Positions 23,601-42,620 of a DNA stretch of 64,000 nucleotides are shown one piece after another; position 1 is the stretch's first letter, and each line of letters begins with the position of its first letter. The notes under the pieces were generated by a model. The model saw nothing but the letters and a program-made list of their open reading frames with translations. It did not search any database and was not told the origin of the DNA. The DNA comes from Antechinus flavipes. Lineage: Eukaryota. The stretch covers positions 84,940,001 to 85,004,000 of the forward strand of contig NC_067404.1 of NCBI RefSeq assembly GCF_016432865.1. Direction: 5' to 3'. The position numbers were made by a program, and so were the translations under genes.

Positions 23601-26600
23601 TCTGGCACTGAGGGTTGCATCTGCCTGCCCCCGCCTTTCTATCCTGCATGTCTATAGGGTCTCTTTCCCAGCGTCATCCATAAATGCATGGAGCTTTTGG
23701 GGGTCCTGCTCCTCCACAGGCTCAGTCTGCCCTTGCTCTCTGTTTTTTCCATCAATCCCTTTGGGCCCCATCCTGCCCTGCTCAGGACAGGCCACCTTCA
23801 AAGCTACCCAGGAGCCAAGTTTGATGTCTGATAAGGCTCCCCACAGTGGTGACAGTGAGTGGGGCCTGAGGGTGAGGGCACGCATGGTGCATGTGGGGAC
23901 AGGACTGAGCCAGTCAGTGTGATTCTGCTGCTTCCTTCTTCCTACCTACCCCTGGGGCTGGGCTACCCTACCAAGCTTGTAGCTCCCCAAGCCAGGTCTG
24001 TCTTGTCTGTCATCTGTCTAGCCTAGTGGGTGGGAGGACCTCAAAGCCTGGGAGTAGCCCCTCTGCCTGTTGTGATCTGCCCGCCTGCCTGCCAGCCCCA
24101 GGTTCCAAGCCCCAATGGGGGCCCTGTGGTGCCATCACTTTGTTGTTGGAGAAGGCCTGATTTCCAGGAAGAGGGCGGAGGGCTGAGGGGAAGAGGAGAG
24201 AAGGCAGGAAGGTCTCCAGAGGTTCATCTCTTTCCCTGCCTTTCCTCATCACCCTTCCTCTCCCTTCCTCATCTCCTATGATCCTCTGTCCCCTTCCTCC
24301 CTGGCCTGGCTGGCAGAAGGCCGCTCCTGCGAAGGCCCCCGGGCTGGCAGAGAGGTCCCACTGCGGCAGCTACGGCAGTGAGTGGATTTTAAACTCAGTG
24401 TCTGGCTTGAAAGCTGGGGGCAGTGTCCTCCTGGCCCGGGCGGGAGGGGGCCTTGCCCTGCCCCATCCTGTCTTGTCCCCCCCTGCACGTGAGTGAACCC
24501 TACTCCCTTATTTCATGAAGACCAATCCCATCTCCGTGCTGGGGCCTGCGTGCGTGTGTGCGCGCGTGTGTGTGCATCTGTGTGAGTATAGATATCTCCA
24601 CTTGCTTTGTTCTGATCCCGGCTGTGTCATTTGTCCATCCCGTATTCACAATCACCCCACTATCATATTTTTTTGGGGGGGGATCATTTCTTCCCCATTC
24701 TGTCAGAGCTGTTAGGAGTTGGGGGGAAGTGGGCACTGTGGTGGGAAGATCATAAGAGTCCTGGCTCTGAATGGGCAGATCCTTGGACCTCCTACCCACT
24801 TTGGGTTGTATCATGGCAGGAGGACGGGGACATGTGTGGCTGTGATGCCTTATCCCCCTTCCCCTTTGACAAATGAGGAGCCAGAATCCCAGCTGGAAGG
24901 GGAAGAGAACAGATGCCCGGTAACTGGCACAATAGCACAGGTGTGAGAGAAACCCCATGAGTTTCTCTATCCCGTCCACGCCAGTCTTTCCTGTCTCTCC
25001 CCGCCACAGACACACATGCACACGCACATGGAACATCCCTTGTAGAGAAAGGGAAACATTTGGACCCGTTCCTGGAATACTTCTAAGAAGGCTGATAAAG
25101 CACAGTTCTGGGCCACTCTTGCACCCAAGGGTGTCCCTAGCAGGAATGTGCTCTGTCTTTGGTGGTCAAGCTTGGCCCGGCCCAAGATTTTGCTGCCCTT
25201 AGATCCCATCCCCAGAGCCAGGACTGTGATTTCCTGTTAGAGGACTGTTGTCCTCCAGTCCCACAGAAATGGAAGTTGCTTCTGGAACCCGGCAGAGTGA
25301 GTGAGATAAAAGGGGTATGCCACCTATCGGCCGTGGTGCACAAGCAGGCGTTTACATGCAGCTCGTGGAAGGAGCCCCTTTTGCTCAGGTCATCCGGTCA
25401 CTTTGCAGGGAGAGAGCAGGAGGGGGTAGAATTTGAGGGTCTAGCTGCCAGCCGCTCCTTCACCAGCTTGTTCGTTCCCTTCCCCATCCTTGCAGCTCGA
25501 CGTTGGTTATAAGGCCAAAGAGCCAAATTGGGGCCAGAGCTGCCCTGCACCTTCCAAGCTGGTAAGGCCCTGACTTGGCCATGGGGCTACTGGGTAGGCT
25601 GGGCCTTGCTTGGAGTTGGGGGTTTGCTTGTAAACACAGAGGGATGACGTGAGGGGAAAGGCTTGGTGCGTTGGACTCAGGCTGGGGTCTTGGCACCTGG
25701 CCCGAAAACCTCCCAGGGAACCCTTGCACTTGGGCCGCTGGCCCCTCCCCCTCCCACCTGTTCTTCTTGCAGTTGCCTGTGGTCCCTGCCTTCTTCTCCA
25801 AGAACTTTCTGTATTACTGTGTAGGCTCTGATTTTCTAGTGAGTGTCCAAGTCTCTTTTTCCCCTCCCCCTTGGCCCACTTGGCCACCGTGATCCCCAGT
25901 GGCTAATAAATTAGTAGCTCTGCTCCCCCTCTCCCAAGCTGGGTGCTTGATAGGAAGGTTCTCCTCGGCTCTTTGACCCTTCTGGTGCTAGTTTGGAGGC
26001 CCTTCCTACCACGCCCCCCTGCCCGATTCCTGTCCCAAGGTGTGCGGTCAAGGGGCCACCCAGTCCAGGGCTTTATGCCAGAGGTTTGTCCTGGGGGCCA
26101 GTAGAATTGTGAAAGGCTGGCTTGGGGTTGTGATGCTCAAGGAAGCTTCCTACAGCAGACATGGGATCACCCAGGGGGCCAAGGTAAAGAGTCGGTTTGG
26201 ACACGTCTGTCCGAAGAGCCGTCTAGAAGCCCCTACTGTCCCACTGTTCGCCAGCCTGCCTCCAGGGGGGCTGCCGTCCTGCCCCAGCGGGAGCGCTGGC
26301 AGCCCAGGTGATCTTGTCTCTCTCGCCTGCCGCCCAGCACTACTCTAGTCACCGGCAGAGCCGCAAATGTGGGGTGTGTGCGGCATGCCGGCGCCGCGTG
26401 GACTGTGGCCAGTGCGACTTCTGCCAGGACAAGCCCAAATTTGGGGGCTGTAACCAGAAGCGCCAGAAGTGCCGATGGAGGCAGTGCCTGCAGTTTGCCA
26501 TGGTGGGTGTGGCAGCTGGCTCTGGGGAGGTCCTGGGTAGGCAGTGGCTCATTAAGGTGCTCAGCCAAGTGTCTGCCTACAGAAACATCTGCTGCCTACA

Positions 26601-28624
26601 GCCAGGTGGGACAGCCCTGCTGTAGAGGGGGCAGCTCTGCCTCTGTGCCGGCCACGCCGTAGGAAGGGTGCCTTGGTTAAGCGGGCCAAATCTGGGGGCC
26701 TCCAGGGCCAGAGGCTGGTCACTGAGGCCCTCAGCAGTGGGCTTGAGGTAACCCTAATTCCCCATGGCTCCCATCCCTCCCTCCCTCCCACCCTGGGATC
26801 CTGAGCTGGACCCGACCCCTGCACGGCAGCTTTGGAAGCATTGCTGCCTTCCTCTGATCTCCTTAGCTTCAGTCCTGTGTACCCTGCGCCCTTGGAGGCC
26901 ATCACCCCTTTTACTCATGCTAACCCAAGCTCCGTGCTTCCTCAGCAGAAGGGGGTTCCTGTGATGATGGAGGAGTTTGATCCTGGCTTTGCAGTGCCCC
27001 CGGGGACCGACCTCGTCATCCTACAGGAGCAGGAGGGGCGTGAGAGCGTCCCTGTACTCGTGCCCGGTACCAAGCCACGAGGCTCCAGGTTCTCCACTCC
27101 CAGCTGCATCGTCATAGAGGTGAGCACTGGTTGACAGGCCCAGGCTCCCTGGCTCCTTTCATTGCCTCCTTGGCGTGTAAGCCAGTAATCACTTTGTCAG
27201 AGGGCCGATGGAGCCGAGTCCCCCTGTGGACTGGACTGAGATTGGCTTGACTTGGAGGGATGCCGTTCAATGCTAACGGTAATCTTGGAGAAGTGTGGCT
27301 TAGGAGCTGGCGTCCAGGAAGCAAAGCTTTGGAGGGGCCCACTGTGATGGAAGTAGAGGGTAGAAGTCTCTTGTCACTTTGGGGAACCAGCCTGTGGGGG
27401 CCTTGTGCCGGTCTCTTGGCCAGAGGCCCTTAAGGCTTCGTCTTCGGTTTTCCCTGCAGGAGTTTGCGTGTCCAAATTTTGGGGTGTTCGTCTCAACCCC
27501 CCCGATAAAGCAGGAGGTTGAGAGTTATGGGGACCAAGCTTTTGGACCTGTCTTTCCTCCCCCTTCAGACTTCTCTCCTGGCCTCCCCGTTACCTTGGTA
27601 ACTTGATCTCCCATGGTCCTCCCCAAATATCACCCTCTGCTGCCACTCAAGGCTTGACTCCCATGTGCAAACGCTGCTTGATGCCCTTCCTGTTTCTTGG
27701 ATGGAAGTTTGAAAGTCGCTTCTGTGCCATGATGCCTTTGTGGGTCTTGCTAACTGTTATGGAAGACACAGAATTCTGCCTTGGTCTGGCTCCGAATCTC
27801 CAGCCTGGAAAACTCCTGGAAGAGGGGGCGGGAGGGGAAAATCGTGCCGCTATCTTCCCCAGACCTGGCCCACTTCGTGTCAGTTTTTCGAGCATAATAG
27901 GTCATTTACTAGTGGTTTGTGGTTTTTTTTTAGGATGTTGATAGGGCTCAGCTACCACTTTCTGTGAAACAAGAGGAAACCTGGGGCGAGGAAGAGGAAG
28001 AAGAGGAGGAGGAGGAGGAGGAAGAGGAGGAGGAGGATGCAAAAGCAGACACTCCTGTGGTGAGTGACTGAGGGCTAGCCTTGGGTGGCCCATAAGGAGG
28101 GAGGAAGTGAATGAATGGCAGCTGGGGAGTCGTAATTGGAGTTTTTCCTCCAGATCATGGAGATTTATAGCCTGAGTGGAGCCGCCCCGACAAGAGCTGG
28201 GTCCTGTGGTGTCCTGGACAGTGTCCTCCAGGAGTTTCTAGCAGAGCTGAATGAGCTGCCCTTGCCTGCCCATTGGGAGGTCCTGCCACCAAGGGGGCCT
28301 GACCTGTGCATCACCCAGCGTTCCCCCTTGTCTACCATGGCCTCTGCCGTTATCCATATCCAGCCAGGCCTTTACTTTCACGTAGTGGTACAAGATGTCC
28401 CTGTTCCGGCCAACCATGAGCTCTATACAGCTCACCCATTGCGGCTCACCACTGTGGATGAGGTGGTAGAGCTCATCTGCAACCTGGAGGCCTACCATGT
28501 GTGCCCTGGCTTCCCTGGCATTGAGAGGCAGGGCTCCCGTTCTCCAGACTGTGATGTCCTAGTGTATGAGGGGCGCTGCCAGGCCTGCTGTGTACCACCC
28601 CGCCCCCTCAAAGAGTGGCAGTAA
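20612..28624 (+). CDS. MBD1: Methyl-CpG-binding domain protein 1: MBD, three CXXC fingers, TRD, extended C-terminal domain; 733 aa
   Basis: Exons 20612-20721, 21420-21534, 21623-21774, 22048-22130, 22272-22312, 22429-22578, 22656-22784, 23015-23131, 25773-25838, 26338-26502, 26583-26747, 26946-27119, 27460-27597, 27934-28059, 28154-28624; phases consistent (2202 nt). MAEDWLDCPVLGPGWKRRESFRKSGATCGRSDTYYQSPTGERIRSKVEL (MBD) and RKCGVCAACRRRVDCGQCDFCQDKPKFGG (CXXC3) match MBD1. Confidence 0.95.
21020..21245 (-). mobile_element. MIR-type CORE-SINE in MBD1 intron
   Basis: Antisense CORE motifs (GAGGAAAATGAGGCAGA, AAGTGACTTGCCTAGGG, AAATTTGA). Confidence 0.6.
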
Positions 28625-28649
28625 GCCACCTTGTCCTGGGTCCCCATGC

Positions 28650-29168
28650 ATTAAACTGGCGTGTGGGGCCCTTTTCCCCCAGTTCTCCCCTACTACCCTT
28701 TGAAGGAGTCAGTCTACACTGGAAAGGCTTGAGGTGAGGACGGATGCCCTTCCCCTCCTTCCCCCCCTCCCCACAGAAACCAGCATTCACCATCTCCCAT
28801 TGGACTGCTCTCAGAGCATTTCCACCCTTCTGGCCTGCCTCAGCCCTCTGTGGCTCCCAAAAGAACCACCACTGTCCCTGTCCCTGTTGGCACCCCTCCC
28901 ACACATACATATTCAAGCTCACCTCAGGGATATGGGCTGGGCCCATGTATAGAAGTGTGAGGGGCCTGGATGCTTGGATTTGTCCTGGAAGTGGAGCCCC
29001 TAGGGAGGGGCACCTGCAGGGCCAAAGGGCCACTCCTTTCTCTGCTATGCCCCCCTGAAACACACACAGAGATCCCTGAAGCAAAAGGAACTTTATTGGT
29101 TTTATGTACCCCAGTGGCCTGCTTAGCTGGTCTGTATTTGTTGCCTTACCTTTATTTTTCTAAATAAA
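28650..29168 (+). terminator. Two MBD1 poly(A) signals (ATTAAA 28650-28655; AATAAA 29163-29168)
   Basis: Direct reading; consistent with proximal and distal 3' ends. Confidence 0.6.
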
Positions 29169-29230
29169 GTATGATTGATGGTTCTGTGAAAAAAAGTGGA
29201 CTCTTTTGGGGGGGAGGGAAGGTGCGCGCG

Positions 29231-29234
<4 letters not shown>

Positions 29235-29265
<31 letters not shown>
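29235..29265. repeat. (CA)n microsatellite
   Basis: Direct reading. Confidence 0.95.
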
Positions 29266-29271
<6 letters not shown>

Positions 29272-29374
29272 GGGGGAGGAGGCAGCAGGGAGGATGTCAG
29301 TCCACACAATTCAAGCCTCGTTAGCCAGTATAGGGTTCCAAGAGAGGCTCGTCTGCCTTTCAGGATGTTAAAGA

Positions 29375-29570
29375 CTCGAATCTCAAAGTTTGGTCCAGAG
29401 CATCCTGGGAATCTCTGAAATTCTTTCAGAGACTAATTCATAATTAGTTTTTATTTTTAATGTGATCAATATCTATAACCATAACCCACATAAACAAAAA
29501 CTCTTTAGACAGATCCTCAATCATTTTTAATAGGATAAAGATATTGAGAACAAAAGTTTGAGGACCACTG
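29375..29570 (+). mobile_element. hAT/Charlie-type MITE (degenerate left end)
   Basis: Homologous to 50344-50546; right TIR AGTTTGAGGACCACTG. Confidence 0.6.
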
Positions 29571-30115
29571 CTTTAGACAGTCTTTTCTGTGGAGAGCTCC
29601 TGACCCTTGAGGCTTTTGGAGGGTGGGGAGAAACAATGATTTAACAGGCAACACCGCCAATTTCCTCAGGGTGTGGTCAGCAAATGAAGGCTTGAAATCA
29701 CAAAGCTCTGAACACCCTTACAGGTCCAAGTAGGGTGTCCTTAAGTTTTGGGTGGGAAGCTCCTTGTTATCTAGGCTGAAGCCAAGGTTTTCAGGCTAAA
29801 CCTTCTCTCCCTGTGCTTTGGATCCCCCTGCCCACCAGAAACAGCCTGTGGGTACTGACTGCCCTGCTCTCTGAGCAAAGCTGAGCTTTAGCCATCTGGC
29901 CACAAGGATTCCAACTGCATGGTCTGCTCCTCGATCCAGTTTGGCTCTTAAGTCAAATTCATCTCCAACTCCTCTCTTTTCCACTAGCTCTGGAAGGTTC
30001 CCTCCCCCACCCCCTCCTCCAAAAAACCACCCATTAGTCAAGAATGGGGCAGGGACATGAAGAAACAGGCTACTGCCCAGAGTTGGGTGGTCTTGCCCCA
30101 AAAACTACATTCTTT

Positions 30116-30779
30116 GTTTGTGGCAGCCCTCTTTGTAGTGGCCAGAAACTAGAAACTAAACTGAGTGCATGTCCATCCATTGGAGAATGGCTGATTAAAT
30201 TGTGGCTTATGAATATTAGGGAATATTATTGTTTGGTAAAAAATGACCAATAGGATGGTTTCAGAGAGGCCTGGAGAGACTTACAGGAACTGATGCTGAG
30301 AGAAATGAGCAGGACCAGGAGATCATTATATACTTCAACAACAATACTGTATGATCAATTCTGATGGACGTGGCCCTCTTCAGCAATGAGATGAACCAAA
30401 TCAGTTCCAATAGAGCAGGAATGAACTGAACCAGCTACACCCAGGGAAGGAACTCTGGGGGATGACTATGAACCACTACATAGAATTCCCAATTCCTGTA
30501 TTTTTGTATGCCTGCACTTTTGATTTCCTTCAAAGGCTAATTGTGCACTATTTCAGAGGCCGATTCTTTTTGTGCAGCAAAATAACGGTTTGGACATGTA
30601 TACTTATTTTGTATTTAATTTATACTTTAATATATTTAACATGTATTGGTCATCCTGCCATCTAGGGGAGGGGGTGGGGAGAAGGAGGGGAAAAATTGGA
30701 CAAAAGGTTTGGCAATTGTCAATGCTGCAAAATTACTCCTGCATGTATTTTGTAGATAAAAAGCTATTATTAAAAAAAA
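30116..30779 (+). mobile_element. 5'-truncated LINE-1 with poly(A) tail and perfect 15-bp TSD
   Basis: TSD AAAACTACATTCTTT at 30101-30115 and 30780-30794; L1 ORF2 end and 3' UTR. Confidence 0.9.
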
Positions 30780-30835
30780 AAAACTACATTCTTTAAAAGA
30801 CAGGATTAAAAAGAAAAAAAGTCCCAAGGCAAGAT

Positions 30836-30841
30836 TTTATT
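30836..30841 (-). terminator. ABT1 poly(A) signal
   Basis: AATAAA on the minus strand 170 nt after the ABT1 stop. Confidence 0.65.
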
Positions 30842-31010
30842 GTTTGAAAGGTAAAAATTGCATCCTGAAGTTTTCGAAACAAACTAGTAAGTAGAAGGCT
30901 TCAACTGGGCAGAAAATCCAAATGTGAACTCGATTTCCACATCCCATTTTGCGGGGTCATTTCCAATGTGCTAGCAATGTTGAGGTCACTGAAGTCAGTT
31001 TCCCAGAAAC

Positions 31011-32256
31011 TCAGGCCCCAGGACGGAAGATCTTGGCCAGCAGCGGCTCGTTTGGCTGAGCCTTCCTGGCAAACTCGTGGATCTGGGCTTGCAGTTGCTG
31101 CTCTCTGGCCTGGCTGGTCGGAATCTCTCTGTGCTTCCTGATCTCCATCTCTGTGGGGCGCTGGATGAAGCTCCAGCTCTTCTCAGCCACTACAGAATCC
31201 TCCCCACGGGAGGCCAGCGCAGCTTCTGCCTTCTTTAGGAAATGTTTGCTCTTCTCCACGCTCTGCAGGTAAAAGTCTGTTTCGCGCTTAGCCTGAGAGA
31301 TCTCAGCCCGGAGGCGTTGCTGCCTGACGTGCCGCTCATAGGCCAGGCGCTCGCTCAAATGGCTCCACTTGAATCGGTGCAAATACTGTGAAGGAAGGCC
31401 ACCAGCAGGTCACCAAGCCGCCCAGCCCAGCTCTCTCTGCCCTGCCCTTCATCACCCGGCCTCACCTTCAGGTTCCACAGATCGTATCGGTAGGGACTTC
31501 GGCGCTGGGCGCCCATGGGCGTGTTGTGCAGGCTGGCCACCACCAGCTTGGCCACCCGCTTATCCCGGAACTCCACCCAGCCCTCGGTGTAGTCCTGCCT
31601 CAAGCGGCGGCCAGCCGACGAACTCCGGGTTTTCCTTCTTCGGCCAGATCGGTCTGGGTCCCGGAGGAGGGCCGGCCAGCCAAACGGACAGAAGGGTAGA
31701 GGTCAAGGCGAAAGCCTGGAGGAAAGGGAGGAACCCTTCCCCCCCCTCCTCCCCCCATCCCTCTTCCCACAATAAGCCGTCGCACATGGAGCGAGGGCGG
31801 GGCCTTGGCCCATTTTGCAGCTGGAAACACTGAGGGTCCTACCTACCCAATCCTTTCAAGGAGATACTCCTGGCCGTGGGGGAGGAGTTTGGAGGCCAGA
31901 CTCTGCCTTCTCGTTCCCTTCTTCCCGTCGCCCCCACCCGCCGCACCTGCGCACTGGTCCCCCTCCCAGCTCGCCACGTGTGTGTGCTGAGGCTCACCCT
32001 CCGGCTGGAAGAAGACGCGACCGATTTCGCCGTGAACGCTGAGTAGGTTCCGCACATGCAAGGGCCGGAAGCACGGCGGGATATGCCCCAGGTATATGAT
32101 GCCGGGCACTACCCGCTTCCCGTCAGCTCCGAGTTCCCCTCCCGTCTCTGACGACGCCGACACGAAGTCCGACTCCAACTCGGACTCGAACTCCCGCGGA
32201 GTACTCACGCTGAACCCTTCGGAGCCTGGCTCCAGCCTCACCGCGCTCAGCGACAT
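31011..32256 (-). CDS. ABT1: Activator of basal transcription 1 (ESF2 homologue, RRM protein); 273 aa
   Basis: Exons 32256-31998, 31653-31466, 31385-31011; phases consistent (822 nt). Motifs [65 protein letters not shown]. Confidence 0.95.
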
Positions 32257-32900
32257 CCCGGACTCCGCGAGCGCCGGCCGCGGCTACGCCCAATAAGAAA
32301 GCCCGGCGGCAGGGTCTGGCCCATTAATGCTCCGCCCCCTTATTAAGGCTGGGGCAGGACGGCCAATCAGGCGAGGCTGGGCGGGAGCAGCAGAGCCACA
32401 ACAACCGCGAGAGCGCAGGCGCGAGCCTTGGGACACTCCCGGGTTTCTCTGATTTCCGGCGGGTGGTAGATGCTCGCGCACGGGGACGTACTCACGCATG
32501 TGCGCGAGCACTCACGTGCTTTGGCGTGCTTGTAAGCAGTGATCCCCTGTCCACTGCGCGGGAAAAATCCCGACTTTCTCCCCCGCTTCTAGGCGCCGGG
32601 GCTGCCGCATTCCCTTCTCTCACTCCTCCGGGGACTTAGGACCGCCAGGGCTCGCGGGAGACCCCGGAGGCGCAAATTTGCCCGACTAGGCCTCACGCTC
32701 TAGCGGCTCCCGTGCTCTTTCCGAGCCACCCGGTCGGCTACCCTGAGATGGGCCGGGTGTCCCTATTGGAGGAGCTGCGGAAAGCTGAGTACGCGGGGAG
32801 CTGCAAAGCGCCTTGGCGGACCTCTGAATGAGCGCCGCCATTCTGGGAAGTCTTTCGTTGACTATCTTGCGTAGAAAGTCACCCAGATTAGCTCCCGTGC
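32257..32900 (-). promoter_or_regulatory. ABT1 CpG-island promoter
   Basis: CpG-rich; CCAAT boxes ~32290 and ~32373; NRF1-like CGCATGTGCG ~32495. Confidence 0.7.
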
Positions 32901-33040
32901 CCTTTGATCCAGTTGCCAGAGTTTAGAATTTATCCCAAGGGCGCCATTTCACTTACCCAGCAAAGTGTATAGCGTGAGTTTGTGTGGTTGCAAAAACGTG
33001 GACATTTGGGGGCAGCACCCATCGATTGCGATGTCACAAA

Positions 33041-33054
33041 GTGCCCTCTGCTGG
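33041..33054 (-). promoter_or_regulatory. CTCF core motif
   Basis: Minus strand CCAGCAGAGGGCAC, full match to CCASYAGRKGGCRS. Confidence 0.6.
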
Positions 33055-33410
33055 CCCCGGTGATCCCCGGCACCAGGGCAAGGAGAAGGTTCGCGTGAAC
33101 TTTTGCAGACCAAAATAAGAGAATTGAGGGAAAGGGCGTGTCCAGTGGCTACGACAAAAGGACCACAGTATAATAAAAGAAATTACGGAGAATAAGTTGG
33201 GTTTTAGCACGGTACCTGGCACGTGGTCTGAACTTAAGGTTTTTGATTGGTTCAGACGAGGAGACAAAAGGGGTGGGGGATGGGGGAGGGCGTCCTGCAT
33301 CTAGGAGACAACTCACTCTTTCACAGAGGTGGGAGGTCAATAGGTGTGGAACTTTGCAAATAATGTCAAGGTTTGTGGGTTGGGCTTTTTTTTTTTTTTA
33401 ATGTATTCAT

Positions 33411-33671
33411 TAATCAATTTTGCTGAACTTTTAAAAATCAACATCACCCACTCTAAAAGCAAACAACAAAAAGGAACTTCCTGCAATAGACCCTCTATGC
33501 ACTTTAAAACAGCATCCAGTTGTCTGGGCCCTCAGCGTCTCCTCCCTAACCCTCCCCACACCCTTTAATCTAGGGTAATGGTTGCTGGCCCCCTGTTAAT
33601 CCTAGGCCTCTATCCTCTCCCAGCCTTCCCTCTAGCTAGGAAGATAATCCTTTAAAGAGCCAACATAATCA
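33411..33671 (+). promoter_or_regulatory. Candidate retinal ON-bipolar enhancer (TAATC cluster)
   Basis: TAATCA 33411, TAATCT 33566, TAATCC 33597, TAATCC 33645, TAATCA 33666, 1.1-1.4 kb upstream of GRM6 exon 1. Confidence 0.45.
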
Positions 33672-34855
33672 TCTCATTGAAAGCTCCAGCTGGTAGGCTT
33701 TGATGCTTTGGACATCATTTTCTCCAAAATCACTACTGAGAACTTGAGGCTCTGAAATAGCCTGGGGGACCAGTCTCTGTTTAGAAGTGAGTTTCAGTCC
33801 TGTGATGGCTCCAAAAAGCTTTTGAGGAACTTTCCTGCTCTTCTCAGGCTTTGCCTGTCCCTTCCCCATTTAAGACATTGACTAGCAAATGCTAGGATAG
33901 TGCCGTCTTCAGATCCACTGGGCCCTTAGGCCCCGGGACTAGAGGCTGAGAGAGGAAAAAGGATTGTCCCATTCCAATGAAAGCTCCTTGAGGATTTTCA
34001 TGGACATTTCCCGGCAGATGGTGGGCGTTTCCTAAGTACTTGTGAACGATGATTAGTTCTTCGAGTAATATCCCATGTGGATAGATCCAGTAGGGGTAGA
34101 GATCCATGTACTAAGTGCCCAATCTAACTTGATTTTACAGCTAAGGAAAGTGGCCTTCAGGGAAGGGTGAGGACTTGCTAGGGGTCACACCACAAGTCCG
34201 AATGGTCTTGGGAGTTGAGTAACTGTAGTTTTTCATTACAAAACAGCCTTAAACTAAGCGAAGGAGCTGTTTGCTCATGCGTTAAAGCAAGAAACCCAGG
34301 GCCCGAAGTGAAACTCACCCGAAGGCCCGGCAAGATTAGGAATCCAAGATAGCTGTCAAATTGTCCCTTGGAAGTTGGCCGGGGCTGAGAAAATAGAAAA
34401 GAAAGGGCATGGAGACCCAATCCCCAAAGACTTGGGGTGGGGGCTGGGGGTTGAATGGTTCTACTCTAGTTTCCATTCTCCCCGCCTACAAAATGAGCAG
34501 TGTGTTTGTGGGTTGTATCTCAGGGGGATTTACTGGTTTTAACCCTAAACCCATTGCCTTATATTCTTCAACATCTGGCACTTAGACCTGGGGCCAGGGA
34601 AGAACCCTCCCCATCCAGCTGGCCAGAGAATGCCCTCCTCCCCCCCACCCCCAAGCAGCTCAGTCTTGTGGGGGAGCTCAAAGGACAGAGATACAAGGGG
34701 TGTCAGGCTTCAAAGACTGGACCCGTGTGCCAGAGCTGCCCAGGAAGAAGAGGAAAACATAGAATTGGCCGAATCTGTAAGCAATGAGGGGGCAAATGAA
34801 CCCAGCAGAGCGTAGGGAAGCCAGCTGCCAAAGCATCAGACAGAAAAGGCTCCCC

Positions 34856-42620
<7,765 letters not shown>

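Noticed and set aside
28706-28733. 28-nt in-frame MBD1 micro-exon
   Set aside because: The intron to the 28777 acceptor would be 43 nt, too short, and the join would change frame relative to the direct splice.
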